DNA of 64,000 nt. It comes from Gammaproteobacteria bacterium. GTDB taxonomy: Bacteria; Pseudomonadota; Gammaproteobacteria; Eutrophobiales; Eutrophobiaceae. The DNA lies in assembly GCA_965222155.1 (NCBI GenBank), contig CBDCTH010000012.1, forward strand, positions 1,056,001-1,120,000, read 5' to 3'. The position numbers and the translations under genes were made by a program. The notes beneath the pieces were generated by a model. That model was not told where the DNA came from. It saw nothing but the letters and a program-made list of their open reading frames with translations, and did no database searches. The number at the start of each line of letters is the position of its first letter. The first letter of the stretch is position 1. Below, in pieces: positions 20,608 through 31,090 of the stretch.

Positions 20608-20874
20608 TCAAAAAAGGTCCGCGTGTGTTCCCGTCCGGCGCAGGACCAGAGACCTGTCATCGATCTCGTAGATTAAAATCCAATCCGGGCCAACATGCGC
20701 ATCCCAGGCGTACTCATACTTCCCGGACAGTTTATAAGGCCTGGCGCTCGGCGGCATTGGCCGGCTGGTGGCCAGCACCTCGACAAATGCCTCGAGCTTT
20801 TGTAAATTCCAACCTCGTTTTTTGATCAGTCTGTAGTCTTTGAGAAAACGATTGGTATAGGAAATCTCCCGCAT
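20608..20874 (-). CDS. yafQ: YafQ-family mRNA interferase toxin
   Basis: ISYTNRFLKDY...DAHVGPDWILIY...LRRTGTHADLF. Confidence 0.92.
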   Translation of the reverse strand: MREISYTNRFLKDYRLIKKRGWNLQKLEAFVEVLATSRPMPPSARPYKLSGKYEYAWDAHVGPDWILIYEIDDRSLVLRRTGTHADLF

Positions 20875-20876
20875 AT

Positions 20877-21146
20877 CTACCCGGCGTCACTCCGTGCATC
20901 AAGATCGGCGAAGAGCTCCCTGGTGGAGCTGAATCGCTGCAGGCCATTCGCGGGCTCCTCCAAGGCTGCAACGGTGTCGACATTGGGGATACGCGCCTCG
21001 AAAGGCAACCCGTTGCGCATGACCAACTGGCGCAACGCCATGCGGATAAACTCCGTGGGTTTCAGTCCAAGTTGAGCGAGTACGGCCTCGGCTTCAGCCT
21101 TCAGTTCCGGCTCCAGTCGGATTTGCATCTGTTCGGTTTTCATCAT
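20877..21146 (-). CDS. dinJ: RelB/DinJ-family antitoxin
   Basis: IRLEPELKAEAEAVLAQLGL...GLPFEARIPN; 2 bp from the toxin. Confidence 0.9.
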   Translation of the reverse strand: MMKTEQMQIRLEPELKAEAEAVLAQLGLKPTEFIRMALRQLVMRNGLPFEARIPNVDTVAALEEPANGLQRFSSTRELFADLDARSDAG

Positions 21147-21348
21147 GAGGATACCTCGTGTACGTTCTTACAGGGAACAGTCTAGGCGATCTTGCTACCA
21201 TTTGCAATACAATATTCAGGTTCGGTGTTGCCATTCTGAGAGTGTAAATTCAGGACACCCATGTATTTTACAATGGTGCGCAAGGCGTGAATGTGACGCG
21301 GTTGATTACCGGAAAGCAGGCGGTTGTTTTACGTTACATTTAGCCGAA

Positions 21349-22060
21349 TCAATGAATATGTTCATGCACCACAGTTTTTAATTCGTCTTCAAGAAGATTA
21401 GCCGCTTGTTTTAGCTGCGCAATAAACTTTCCGCCGACTTGGGCGGCGGCCGCCATTTGGATATCACCCGGCCTCAGACCTTTTAATACCTCAAGTACGC
21501 CCGCAGCCTGTTCCATATCTTTTCGGCTTTTTGCCGCCAGCGCCGCCGGCCGCCGTTGTGAAACAACCAGTTTATGCAGTGCAAAACGGGCAGGGTCGGG
21601 TATGCGTATCAGCAAACCTGAACCGACGGGGACGCAAGCAGGCTGGTTATCTCCGATCAAATAATCCAGGAAACGTACCGGCTCGGCGGCCACGTTCAGG
21701 CCTTTTATCATGACCGGTTTGTTTGATGGCCTGCCGCGCAGGGGCGTCAGCATCGATACGGTCAGGTTCTGGTTTCTTAATCCGAACCTGGTTGACGGCT
21801 GCCTCGAATCAAGACCGGGAACGGCGAGCACTCCTTTGTCCGCTTGCTGCAGTATCTCTTTAACATCCATTTCGATTGGAGGTGATGCAATGGTAATGGT
21901 CTGATCCTGAGCAATATCGATGTCTTGTGTTTGCCCCATGCTCCGTGTCCATTGCACACACAGCATATTGCCGATATGGAGAAAGGCATGCGTACCCACA
22001 ATGACCGCACCTGCTTCAAAGAGGCCGGATTGAGCCAGGACTTCATAGATGCGCCCTTCA
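21349..22060 (-). pseudogene. GSU2403-family nucleotidyltransferase-fold gene, 5'-truncated and internally shortened
   Basis: GTHAF..IGNML, TQDIDIA, PDPARFALHKLVVS..KSRKDMEQA; no intact N-terminus. Confidence 0.65.
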
Positions 22061-22384
22061 GCAGGAGTTAATGTATGTAGTCCGGTTGCGACACATGTTG
22101 CAACGAGGCGTTCCCGTTCAATCCGATTTGGCTTGTCATCACGCTGTCTCTGGCTGGCCTTTTCTACCAGTTTACGGGTTTCCTCCGTATCCTTTCCGAT
22201 ATAGCAGGAACGTTTGTTCCTCCCTACGGTATATTGCAGGCAGCAATTCCCGCTAACGCCTGAGACGTACTGAAATCCTTATCAATACAGGGATTTTACA
22301 GGGGTTAAAAAAGTGTTCGTAAACGTTTCATGTTGATTCAGTCTAGTAGCAGGAATTAGTCAAGTCAAAGGTGACCCATCCTGT

Positions 22385-23254
22385 CCCGTCCTGCTCTGCG
22401 CAAGACCCTGAGCGCCCCCGGTTTGTCAGGATATTTGGGGTCAGAGTAAAAATACAGTCAGTTTGGCAAGTGGTAGTGGCTTGTTGTTGAGTATTTTTAC
22501 TCTGACCCCAAATATCCTTCAAGCTATCAACGATGACACGGTCGGTCGGGGTTTGACCCTGGCGGATTACCTGCTGTCGGGGTTGGCGGTGTTCGGCTTG
22601 ACGTATCCATCGTTGTTGCAGTTTGACCGGGGTCGGGAGGACGAGTTGGTGCGGTCGAATCTGCGGTCGTTATACGGGATAGGGCGGGCCCCAGAGCCTG
22701 CCCCTGTATGGCGTTGAGCAGGGGGACACGGCCTTGCGGGCACGCGTGGACGCGCTGGCCCCCGCGGGGTTACGGCGTGCCTGCCGGCGGGTGGTTCAGG
22801 TGCTACAACGGGGCAAGCTGCTGGAAGACGTTCTCTGGTGGGGCGGTCACTACCTGTTGTCGGTGGATGGGACCGGGTAGTTTCAGTCGGACACGGTGCA
22901 TTGCGAGCAGTGCTGCGAGCGGCAGCACCGGGACGGGCGGGTGAGTTGGTATCATCAGTTAATACCCTGAAGCACCCAGGCGACCACGTTGAGCATACCC
23001 TCCAACACGGCTATCAGCACCTGTCCACGGTGCTGGCCTACCTGATGAGGCTGGCGTGTCTGATTGACCCGGTGCAGCAGCATTGCTGCGGGCTGTTTCA
23101 ACAGGGGGTGGCGAAGCGGGGCTGCAAGCGTGACGTCCGGGAGACACTGCGCAGCGTCTTCTGCACCTGGCTGGTGCCGGACTGGGAGACGTTGTATCGG
23201 GCCCTGGCCTACGGTGTATCGCCTACGGTGGTGGCGCCGTATGATACCGCTTGA
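22385..23254 (+). pseudogene. Degenerate DDE transposase (ISNCY/IS4-like)
   Basis: LADYLLSGLAVFGLTYPSLLQFD, YLLSVDGTG*FQSDTVHCEQC, NTLK...EH..HGYQHLSTV; frameshifts, a stop, an internal deletion and two repeat insertions. Confidence 0.75.
22428..22518. repeat. 28-bp perfect inverted repeat with 35-bp spacer, inserted in the transposase remnant
   Basis: AGGATATTTGGGGTCAGAGTAAAAATAC ... GTATTTTTACTCTGACCCCAAATATCCT. Confidence 0.9.
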
Positions 23255-23556
23255 GGACGGGCCGGGGTCGAGTAGTTCAAGGTGGGGGACTTCAGGGGAA
23301 GCCAAGCCACATCAACATAACCGGGGATAGCCGGCGGGTCGCGTATCCCCTGAGGGTCGGGTCACGGTGAAAAAAACGAACCTGACCCGACAATATAACC
23401 AGCTGATAAAGTTAACAGGAGCTGCTGGTCAACAACTAATATACTGTACGGTATATAATTTGTTGATATAAGATTGCAGAATTTATCCTGGCTCCCGAAC
23501 GGGGCCAGAGGAGTAATTACTTTTTGTAGACCTGCTTTACTGCAGCCGTAACAGCG

Positions 23557-24024
23557 GCATGCACCCCGGTCTCAAGCAACGTGCCGTGGGCGCTCAGGAG
23601 TTCGTCGTTATGACGCACTATTGCCATATTGCGGCTGATGCGCATCACAGCATTCATCTTCAGGCTGCCGCGGGCCATGTAAACGTCAGGCGCAATTTCT
23701 GAAATATCGTTGTGCGGGTAGGCGGGCGCAAAGGTCATTTTTGCTTGTTCGTATTGACGATCTGAGTTATTAAAACAATGGCAATACCGATTACTGTTAT
23801 CCCAATTGCTGACACTGTATGATTTACATCACTTTCCAAGAAATAGGTCAGGGCGAACGCATACTTTAGAATCCGGGTTATCGTCATTCCGGCGCAGGCC
23901 GAGTAGTGGCACATGGATGTGCCGTCAACGGAGCGTAGGATGCAAATCCAGTCGAAAAAGACGGTTCCTTATGGTAAAAGGTTAGTTTGTTAACTGGATT
24001 CCGGCCTGCGCCGGAATGACGAAC
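23557..24024. repeat. Direct repeat copy B (partner 19007-19567)
   Basis: Same sequence as copy A minus ~65 bp (between GAGTT microhomologies) and minus a 28-bp hairpin. Confidence 0.92.
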
Positions 24025-24272
24025 TGAGTTATACAGCTGGTTTTCTATTCTTGACGGCCTGCGCCGGAATGACGAGATCAGGGCAACCAGGGCTTTCAAT
24101 TCAACTTTGATTTCATTACCGGTGATGACGTTCCAAGACGGGCATTCGTTGCGGGGGCAGTCAAGGGAGAGTCCCTGTATTTGATGTTCTATCAGGCAAC
24201 AAGCCTTTACTACTATGACAAATACCTGCAAGACGTGATGACCATGGCCGCTGGCATGAAATTAAATTAACA

Positions 24273-25076
24273 ATGAAAAGAGTTTTATACTTATTACTTT
24301 CGGCAGCTTTAATTTCAAACAACGTTTACGCGGAACAACGACTTAGGTTGGCCACGACCACCAGCACGGAAAATTCGGGTCTGCTGTCCCTGTTGCATCC
24401 GCCTTTTGAAGAGCGGCACAACGTCATGGTGGACGTGATCGCCGTCGGCACCGGCAAAGCCCTGCGCCTGGGCAGGAACGGTGACGTGGACCTGGTCATG
24501 GTCCATGCCCCTGCTGCGGAGCGGGAGTTCGTTAACAGTGGATTTGGCGTGGAACGCCTGACCGTCATGCACAATGATTTTATCCTGGTCGGTCCCGCTG
24601 CAGATGCGGCAGCCGTGAACGCGGCAAGTTCCCTGGCAGACGCCATGACGCGCATCGCACAATCCGCTACCGGTTTTATCTCGAGAGGGGATGATTCAGG
24701 GACCCACATGAAGGAAATGGCTCTCTGGCAGGCGGCTCGGATCAGTCCGGAGGGGGCATGGTATCTGTCTGTAGGACAGGGTATGGGCGCCGTATTGAAA
24801 ATCGCCGATGACAAGCTGGCGTACACACTGACCGACAGGGGGACGTACCTGGCATTTATCGGTAAAATAGAGTTGGCTATCGCCTATGAAGGCGCGGCGG
24901 AGTTACTGAATCCCTATCACGTTATCATCGTAAACCCCGAAAAACATCCCCATGTCCAAACGACTCTGGCGCAGAAATATGTGGACTTCATCCGGGGAGA
25001 GGAGGGCCAGCGTATTATTCGCGAATTCAGGATTTCAGGCGAGCAACTCTTCATCCCTGACGTTGTTTCTCCGTGA
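24273..25076 (+). CDS. tupA: Tungstate ABC transporter substrate-binding protein (TupA-like)
   Basis: LRLATTTSTENSGLL, AVGTGKALRLGRNGDVD, FISRGDDSGTH, LLNPYHVI. Confidence 0.88.
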   Translation: MKRVLYLLLSAALISNNVYAEQRLRLATTTSTENSGLLSLLHPPFEERHNVMVDVIAVGTGKALRLGRNGDVDLVMVHAPAAEREFVNSGFGVERLTVMHNDFILVGPAADAAAVNAASSLADAMTRIAQSATGFISRGDDSGTHMKEMALWQAARISPEGAWYLSVGQGMGAVLKIADDKLAYTLTDRGTYLAFIGKIELAIAYEGAAELLNPYHVIIVNPEKHPHVQTTLAQKYVDFIRGEEGQRIIREFRISGEQLFIPDVVSP

Positions 25077-25081
25077 GAGAA

Positions 25082-26377
25082 TCAGGCACTTTGCTCCTTT
25101 TCCGGCGCCAGCGGGTCGCCCAGGTCCGTTTCATCCATCGCCTCGGCCACGATAACCTGTGAGGTCTGCATCATGACTGTCATGCCATGGGATTGCTCCT
25201 CAGCGGTAATGGGCGCTCGCACCGACATTCGGTACAGGGTGAACAGCGCCATGAACAGATAAACCAGGGCCACGAAGTAATACAGGCTGCCCGGACCGAA
25301 GAACTTCATCATCTGGGTACTGAGTATGGGACCTGTTAACCCACCGATTCCGTTTATGAAAATAATGCAGCCGCTGGCCGACAGGATTTGTTCGTTGCGT
25401 ACGTGGTCGTTGATGTGGGACAGGCACACCGAATAAAAACACAAGACCACCCCGCCCACCAGGAACAACAGGCCGGCCAGCAGCCACAGGTTGCCCAGGC
25501 GCGCGGCAAACGGCACGAACAGGCTTGCACCGGCAGCCAGGACTGATAATAACAGCAAGGTATGACGGCGTTCCTGGCGATCAGACAACCTGCCGACCGG
25601 CAGCAATAACACCAATCCTCCGAACATCAGGATGCCTACCAGCAAGGCGCTTTCGGCAACGGAAAAACCACTCTGGTTGCCGAATACCGCGGTTAACCAC
25701 ATCACTGCGCCGAAGGTAAGTCCCTGGACAAAGACACCCATGGCTCCCAGAGGAGTCAGCCTGATCAGCCTGCTTAGCTCAAGGTGCTCCGCGTACGCGA
25801 TCGCAGGGGCGGAAATATTACTCAGCAACATGGGCACGATAGCGATGGACAGCACCACGGAGGCAAGGATAAATAACTCGAAACTCAGGGGGGAGGCCAG
25901 ATTTATCAGGAATTGTCCGCCAGTGAAGCCAAGGGTGATAGTGAACATGTAGGCAGCCAGCAGGCGTCCCCGATTGTCGTTGCCGGTGATGGCGTTCAGC
26001 CAGCTTTCCGAGACCATGAACAGGCCGGACAGACAAAAGCCGGTGAGCATTCGGAACAGGAACCACATCACCGGGTTTATAACGGCAGAGTGCAACAGGA
26101 TAGCTACGGACGCTATCGAAGCCAGCGCGGCAAACACGCGGATATGTCCCACCTGTTTCACCCACCTGGGCACAACCCGGGCGCCCAGGAGGAAACCGAC
26201 GTAATAGGCGGACATGATGAGTCCGATAGTGTCCACAGCAAAGTCTTCCAGGGATGCCCTGATCCCCAGCAGCGTGCCTTGCATGCCGCTACACACGGAA
26301 ATCAATGCAACGCCGAACAGCAGGCTCCAAACCAGTATAATCTGTGGTTTTTTCATTTGCTGACCTGTATGTTTCAA
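25082..26377 (-). CDS. MFS transporter (YcaD-like)
   Basis: About 12 hydrophobic segments; VGHIRVFAA, ESWLN, GRLSDR motifs. Confidence 0.9.
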   Translation of the reverse strand: MKHTGQQMKKPQIILVWSLLFGVALISVCSGMQGTLLGIRASLEDFAVDTIGLIMSAYYVGFLLGARVVPRWVKQVGHIRVFAALASIASVAILLHSAVINPVMWFLFRMLTGFCLSGLFMVSESWLNAITGNDNRGRLLAAYMFTITLGFTGGQFLINLASPLSFELFILASVVLSIAIVPMLLSNISAPAIAYAEHLELSRLIRLTPLGAMGVFVQGLTFGAVMWLTAVFGNQSGFSVAESALLVGILMFGGLVLLLPVGRLSDRQERRHTLLLLSVLAAGASLFVPFAARLGNLWLLAGLLFLVGGVVLCFYSVCLSHINDHVRNEQILSASGCIIFINGIGGLTGPILSTQMMKFFGPGSLYYFVALVYLFMALFTLYRMSVRAPITAEEQSHGMTVMMQTSQVIVAEAMDETDLGDPLAPEKEQSA

Positions 26378-26559
26378 GAGTGATTGCCCGATTAATCTGC
26401 TTCGATAAGTTCAAGGGTGGTTTCTGTTACCTGTTCACCGGCAAGTGGCGCGATTGTCCGCTAATTTTATAGATAGTCAAGCACAATCAATGGGTAGCTT
26501 TACGGTGTGTTCGGGGTTATAGTGTTGCGGGGGAAAAACTCACAACAATCAGATATATA

Positions 26560-28116
26560 GTGCTATCCCGCAAGCAATACGACAGCCGTTATACGGTCGG
26601 ACAGGACAACGTCCGCATCTTCAGGATGGAGTTACATAACCCGGTATTTTTTATCACTGCATTTCTCACCATCAGTTTTGTTGTAGGGACGTTGTCGTTC
26701 CCCCAGTATGCCAAAATCATACTTGAGCAGGCAAAGAACTGGTCCATTGAAAATTTCCATTGGCTGGTGATTATTTCGGGCAATTTCTTTGTCTTCTTCT
26801 GCATGATGCTGATCGTGCTACCTTGCGGCAAAATACGGCTGGGTGGAGAAGCGGCGAAACCCGAGTTTTCCAGACCATCCTGGTTTTCCATGCTGTTTGC
26901 CGCCGGGATGGGCATCGGTCTGATGTTCTGGTGCGTCGCCGAGCCGGTTGCCTACTACACGAACTGGGCCGGTACGCCGTTAAATGTACAGCCACATTCG
27001 CCTGAAGCTGCTGCCGTCGCGATGGGAGCGTCGCTGTATCATTGGGGATTGCATCCCTGGGCTATCTTTGCTGTGGTGGCACTGTCCCTGGCCTTCTTTT
27101 CTTTCAATAAAGGGTTACCATTGGCGCCCCGCTCTATCTTCTATCCGTTGTTCGGCGAACACTGCTGGCGCTGGCCGGGCCATCTCATTGATATGGTGGC
27201 TGTCTTCGCTACCATTTTCGGTCTGGCCACTTCCCTTGGACTGGGAGCAAAACAGGCCACCGGGGGACTACACTCCGTATTCGGCGTTGACAACGGCTTG
27301 ACGACACAGTTGATGCTTATCGCCGTGATCACGACAATAGCAATTATCTCGGTCATGCGCGGCCTGGATCGGGGTGTCAAGGTATTGAGCAACTTCAATA
27401 TACTGGTTGCCTTGCTGCTCCTGGTGTTCGTTATCAGCGCCGGCCCCACCTTGTCGGCTCTTTCCGGTATCGGTGAGAATCTTTCACATTATCTGACGTA
27501 CTTCATCCCCTTGAGCGACTGGGTCAGCCGGGAGGACGAGGTATGGTACAAGAGCTGGACCGTGTTCTACTGGGCCTGGTGGATATCCTGGTCGCCTTTT
27601 GTCGGCCTATTTATCGCGCGTATTTCCAGGGGCCGTACAGTCAGGGAATTTGTGACGGCTGTATTGTTATTGCCGACCCTGGTCAGTGCCATCTGGATGT
27701 CGGTTTTTGGCGGCATTGCACTGGACCAGGTCCAGCTCGGTATAGGTGAGTTGACCAACGGCATTGATGATCCCTCCCTGGCGCTCTTCCACATGCTGGG
27801 AAACCTGCCGTTTACAACCATGGCATCACTGGTTGCAGTGGTACTGGTGCTGACTTTTTTTATTACCTCAGCCGATTCCGGCTCCCTGGTCGTGGACATT
27901 ATCACCGCCGGGGGACGGCTTGATACTCCCCGTTACCAGCGCGCTTTCTGGGCGATACTGCTGGGTCTGATTGCGGCGGCCTTGCTCATCGGCGGCGGCA
28001 GCGACGCCTTGAGCGCGTTACAAGCCGGCACCATCACCATGGCCGTGCCGTTTACCGTGGTGCTACTCCTTTCCTGCCTGTGCCTGGTACTGGGCCTGTT
28101 GTCTGAGTCCTATTGA
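26560..28116 (+). CDS. BCCT-family betaine/choline/carnitine transporter
   Basis: SWFSMLFAAGMGIGLMFW, HWGLHPW, WTVFYWAWWISWSPFVGLFIARISRGRTVREF. Confidence 0.96.
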   Translation: MLSRKQYDSRYTVGQDNVRIFRMELHNPVFFITAFLTISFVVGTLSFPQYAKIILEQAKNWSIENFHWLVIISGNFFVFFCMMLIVLPCGKIRLGGEAAKPEFSRPSWFSMLFAAGMGIGLMFWCVAEPVAYYTNWAGTPLNVQPHSPEAAAVAMGASLYHWGLHPWAIFAVVALSLAFFSFNKGLPLAPRSIFYPLFGEHCWRWPGHLIDMVAVFATIFGLATSLGLGAKQATGGLHSVFGVDNGLTTQLMLIAVITTIAIISVMRGLDRGVKVLSNFNILVALLLLVFVISAGPTLSALSGIGENLSHYLTYFIPLSDWVSREDEVWYKSWTVFYWAWWISWSPFVGLFIARISRGRTVREFVTAVLLLPTLVSAIWMSVFGGIALDQVQLGIGELTNGIDDPSLALFHMLGNLPFTTMASLVAVVLVLTFFITSADSGSLVVDIITAGGRLDTPRYQRAFWAILLGLIAAALLIGGGSDALSALQAGTITMAVPFTVVLLLSCLCLVLGLLSESY

Positions 28117-28166
28117 TGGGGAGCGGTTGACGGCGTTGGCAGTTCAATTACCTTATGGAAGTACTG

Positions 28167-28379
28167 ATGAAGTACGAAATCGTCCTTCGCAAATCTGATG
28201 GAGGCAATAGCGTTTCAGTGCCTGGCCTGCCAGGTTATTGGTTGCAGGGAGAGACGGAAGATGAGGCGATTGCAAATATTGAGACGGCGATATGTGAATA
28301 TCTTGATGCCAAGGAGATTGACTTGTTCCCCATTTGTGGTACATTATCTGTTAATGAAAAAGGAGGTGTCCATGGCTAA
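28167..28379 (+). CDS. HicB-like antitoxin (short, possibly degenerate; no hicA)
   Basis: SVSVPGLPGYWLQGETEDEAIANIETAICEYL. Confidence 0.7.
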   Translation: MKYEIVLRKSDGGNSVSVPGLPGYWLQGETEDEAIANIETAICEYLDAKEIDLFPICGTLSVNEKGGVHG

Positions 28380-28629
28380 GACAGAAACAATCCGTGCCCG
28401 TGTTGAACCGCGGTTGAAGTGCCAGGCCGAAGAGGTCTTCTCGGAGATCGGGCTGTCGCCAACCGAAGCGATTACGCTGTTTTATACGCAGGTAACCCTG
28501 CACCAGGGTTTACCGTTCGTCGTGAAGGTTCCCAATGCCGAGACCATCGAAGCGCTACGTCAGGCACGCTCAAGAGAGGGGCTTACTGAATACACCGACC
28601 TGGACGACCTCAAAGTCAGGCACGGCTAA
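28372..28629 (+). CDS. RelB/DinJ-family antitoxin
   Basis: AGGAGG RBS, MAKTETIRARVEPRLK...GLPFVVKVPNAET. Confidence 0.88.
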   Translation: MAKTETIRARVEPRLKCQAEEVFSEIGLSPTEAITLFYTQVTLHQGLPFVVKVPNAETIEALRQARSREGLTEYTDLDDLKVRHG

Positions 28630-28632
28630 TTC

Positions 28633-28675
28633 ATGCGCCTGCTCACCACGAATCACTTTAAAAAGGATATCATAT
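28633..28675 (+). pseudogene. N-terminal stub of a YafQ-like toxin
   Basis: MRLLTTNHFKKDI immediately after the antitoxin, then loss of similarity. Confidence 0.5.
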
Positions 28676-29060
28676 GTGCAGAATTCAACGTTACCTTGTT
28701 CAGAAAAAGCACAGGGCAGGTAGCGTCAGACACTTAAGCTTGAGGTCACAGTCTGTGACCTCAAGTGGTCAAATTTTTCCTTGTCGAACCAGTTAGGGAT
28801 ATTTGAGTTTTTTTGAAGAATGTAGAAGCTCAATCCATGAGGCCATTATCACTTCATTTTATACGATAACAAATTTGTGCGTTGTGAGAGGATGTTCCGG
28901 GTTGGGCGGCAGGTATTGTATTTCTTCTTCCTCCGCTTTTGGCGTAGGTAATTCGTAGAGACCGCTAACTTCGATATATTGCTGGTATTGCTTTTTAACC
29001 TGTTCCAGAGTTTCCAGGTAATCGTCTAAAGCTGTTCTTTTCAGTCACTACAATCAAATC

Positions 29061-30011
29061 CTAATCAAATTTTATTTCTGTTGAAACGTCTGCAATGTTC
29101 TTGTGGTGTTCTTTACGCAGGGCCTGTTTCCACGCGCGATGCTGTGCCTGCTTATATTGCCATTCCCGGTATTGGCGATTGGCCTCGTCTGCCGCTAACA
29201 GGAGTGTTTCGCGATGATACTTCTTGACTTCATCAATGGTTGTTCCAGCCAGAATCACAGTGGCATTATTAATACTTGCGATTCCAGGACGATGCATACT
29301 AGTCCACTGGGGAGGGTGGTTCCAACTGGCGATGAACAGACTCTCCCATTCCGCAGGTGGCTGGCGAGAAAGGGCGAAGGGAATAGTGTACAGAGCACTT
29401 CCAGGGGTACCGTCGTTACGCGGTTCCGTAATATCTTCCACGATTACGTGCGTAATTTTGATGTCCTCAAAGTCTGGACTCCGATTAGTGTTGCGATGCG
29501 CTACTTTTGGTTGTTGGGTCGTGTTGGGATTGACTGTTGCCATCGGCTCTCCAATTGGCGGCGCGGTCTCGCGGCTACCTAGTAATGTACAAAGTAGGTC
29601 ATCATAATCCTGTTTACGATAGGGGTTAGTAGAAAGATCAATGTAGTATTTCCCAGCAAGCCAAGATGGTGCGGCCTCGTCCCAATCGCCGCTTCGTAAT
29701 ACTGGAATAAACTTCCGATTGTTCTGCTTGGTCATGACTTCTGCAGTCATAATGTCCCCCTCGTAGCCTACACCACCCAGGCGTTCGTCTGAGCGGCTCT
29801 TATAGCGAGGTGTGCAGATTATGACAATGAACCAGTTGTCGCGAATAGCTCGCTCCATAAAGGCGGGTAGCTGATCTCCAGGGGCCGTGTGCCATCTATC
29901 GAGAGTGACGTTGACACCGTCTTTGCGAAGACGCCCAGCAAGCGAGCGGACCCACTCTTTGTGAATCTCATTGTCCCATGAGTAAGAAATGAATGTCGGT
30001 GGAGAAGTCAT
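29061..30011 (-). CDS. SEFIR/TIR-domain protein with uncharacterised C-terminal domain
   Basis: TFISYSWDNEIHKEWVRSLAGRL..GVNVTLDRW, FMERAI, GGVGYEG, KFIPVLR. Confidence 0.88.
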   Translation of the reverse strand: MTSPPTFISYSWDNEIHKEWVRSLAGRLRKDGVNVTLDRWHTAPGDQLPAFMERAIRDNWFIVIICTPRYKSRSDERLGGVGYEGDIMTAEVMTKQNNRKFIPVLRSGDWDEAAPSWLAGKYYIDLSTNPYRKQDYDDLLCTLLGSRETAPPIGEPMATVNPNTTQQPKVAHRNTNRSPDFEDIKITHVIVEDITEPRNDGTPGSALYTIPFALSRQPPAEWESLFIASWNHPPQWTSMHRPGIASINNATVILAGTTIDEVKKYHRETLLLAADEANRQYREWQYKQAQHRAWKQALRKEHHKNIADVSTEIKFD

Positions 30012-30014
30012 AAT

Positions 30015-30989
30015 TCAATCATTCTTTATCGAGTCTTCGTTACAGTCCTCTACCGAGGTATCTGCAGAACTCTCGCAAAGTGGAGTGTCAAGCGTATTTT
30101 CTTGGCGATTATCACCCTCATGTCCGTGTATATCATTTAATGTCGTAAAATTATCTGAACCATCTGCCTGAATGGCGTATTGGAATCGGACTTCGTCCTT
30201 GTTATCACCTCGTGTATCATCCTTGATTTCAATCACATGCACGGCAGCATAGAAGCCTTTTACATTCCGCAATACGAATGTTTCCCCGCATTGGGGAGTC
30301 CGGACATGCGACGAATAGTCCAACGACTCAGCATTCGATATCTGTACGATGGACGTACATCCTTTGGCTAACGCGACACCGTTAATCAAAAGAGGGTCAT
30401 TGTAAACATGGATGCTTTTGTCACTCGCCTTACTCCATTTCGTTTCAAATTCAAGCTCTCCATGACCGATAACGTAGCGGCCATTATGATTACTGTAATC
30501 GAATACTGCCTCGCCAGATAGTGACGTCATTCGCGGGGGTGGCAGATCCGACGCCTTACCCTCAAAATGCTTGACTCCAAGCTTTTCGGCGATCATTGCT
30601 GCAAGTGTCGCAGGCTGATGATCACAGGCCCATTCGTACTTGATGGAGGTCGGCAAACCTGGGACGGACGTTTCGTCAAAGCGTACTGGCAGAATATACT
30701 CTTCTTTCTGTTGGATTGCTCGACTTAAACTTGATTGTCTTTCATGACTTGGCCAAGCCTTTTTAACGTACTCCTCGGAAATGAACATTACGACATAAGC
30801 AGCCCTGTTTTCGAATACGTCATGTAATTCTTCTACGAGGTTTTTTCCCCAGAGTTGGATGGTCTCGAATTCGTCGTAGAATACGGAGATTTTTTGGCTC
30901 TGAAGTGCCAGCGCCACATCTTCAACATATTTACGCTGTTCGCCAGCGAAGGATAGTGCTACTTCATATTTTATGTTTTCTTTCATCAA
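30015..30989 (-). CDS. TIR-domain protein with uncharacterised beta-rich C-terminal domain
   Basis: YEVALSFAGEQR..VFYDEF..LWGKNL..FISEEYVKKAWPSHER (putative catalytic Glu)..ILPVRFD. Confidence 0.9.
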   Translation of the reverse strand: MMKENIKYEVALSFAGEQRKYVEDVALALQSQKISVFYDEFETIQLWGKNLVEELHDVFENRAAYVVMFISEEYVKKAWPSHERQSSLSRAIQQKEEYILPVRFDETSVPGLPTSIKYEWACDHQPATLAAMIAEKLGVKHFEGKASDLPPPRMTSLSGEAVFDYSNHNGRYVIGHGELEFETKWSKASDKSIHVYNDPLLINGVALAKGCTSIVQISNAESLDYSSHVRTPQCGETFVLRNVKGFYAAVHVIEIKDDTRGDNKDEVRFQYAIQADGSDNFTTLNDIHGHEGDNRQENTLDTPLCESSADTSVEDCNEDSIKND

Positions 30990-31090
30990 TCAATTCTCCT
31001 TACGTTTTTTCCCTCCCGATCAATGCAGTCGTCACCCGTATTTTCTTCAGTTAATTCACGGTTAGCGGTGATGTGTGGGTATCAATCTTA

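Noticed and set aside
29061-30989. Canonical Thoeris or CBASS
   Set aside because: No ThsA-type effector, CD-NTase, SAVED or STING domain is recognisable in the neighbourhood.
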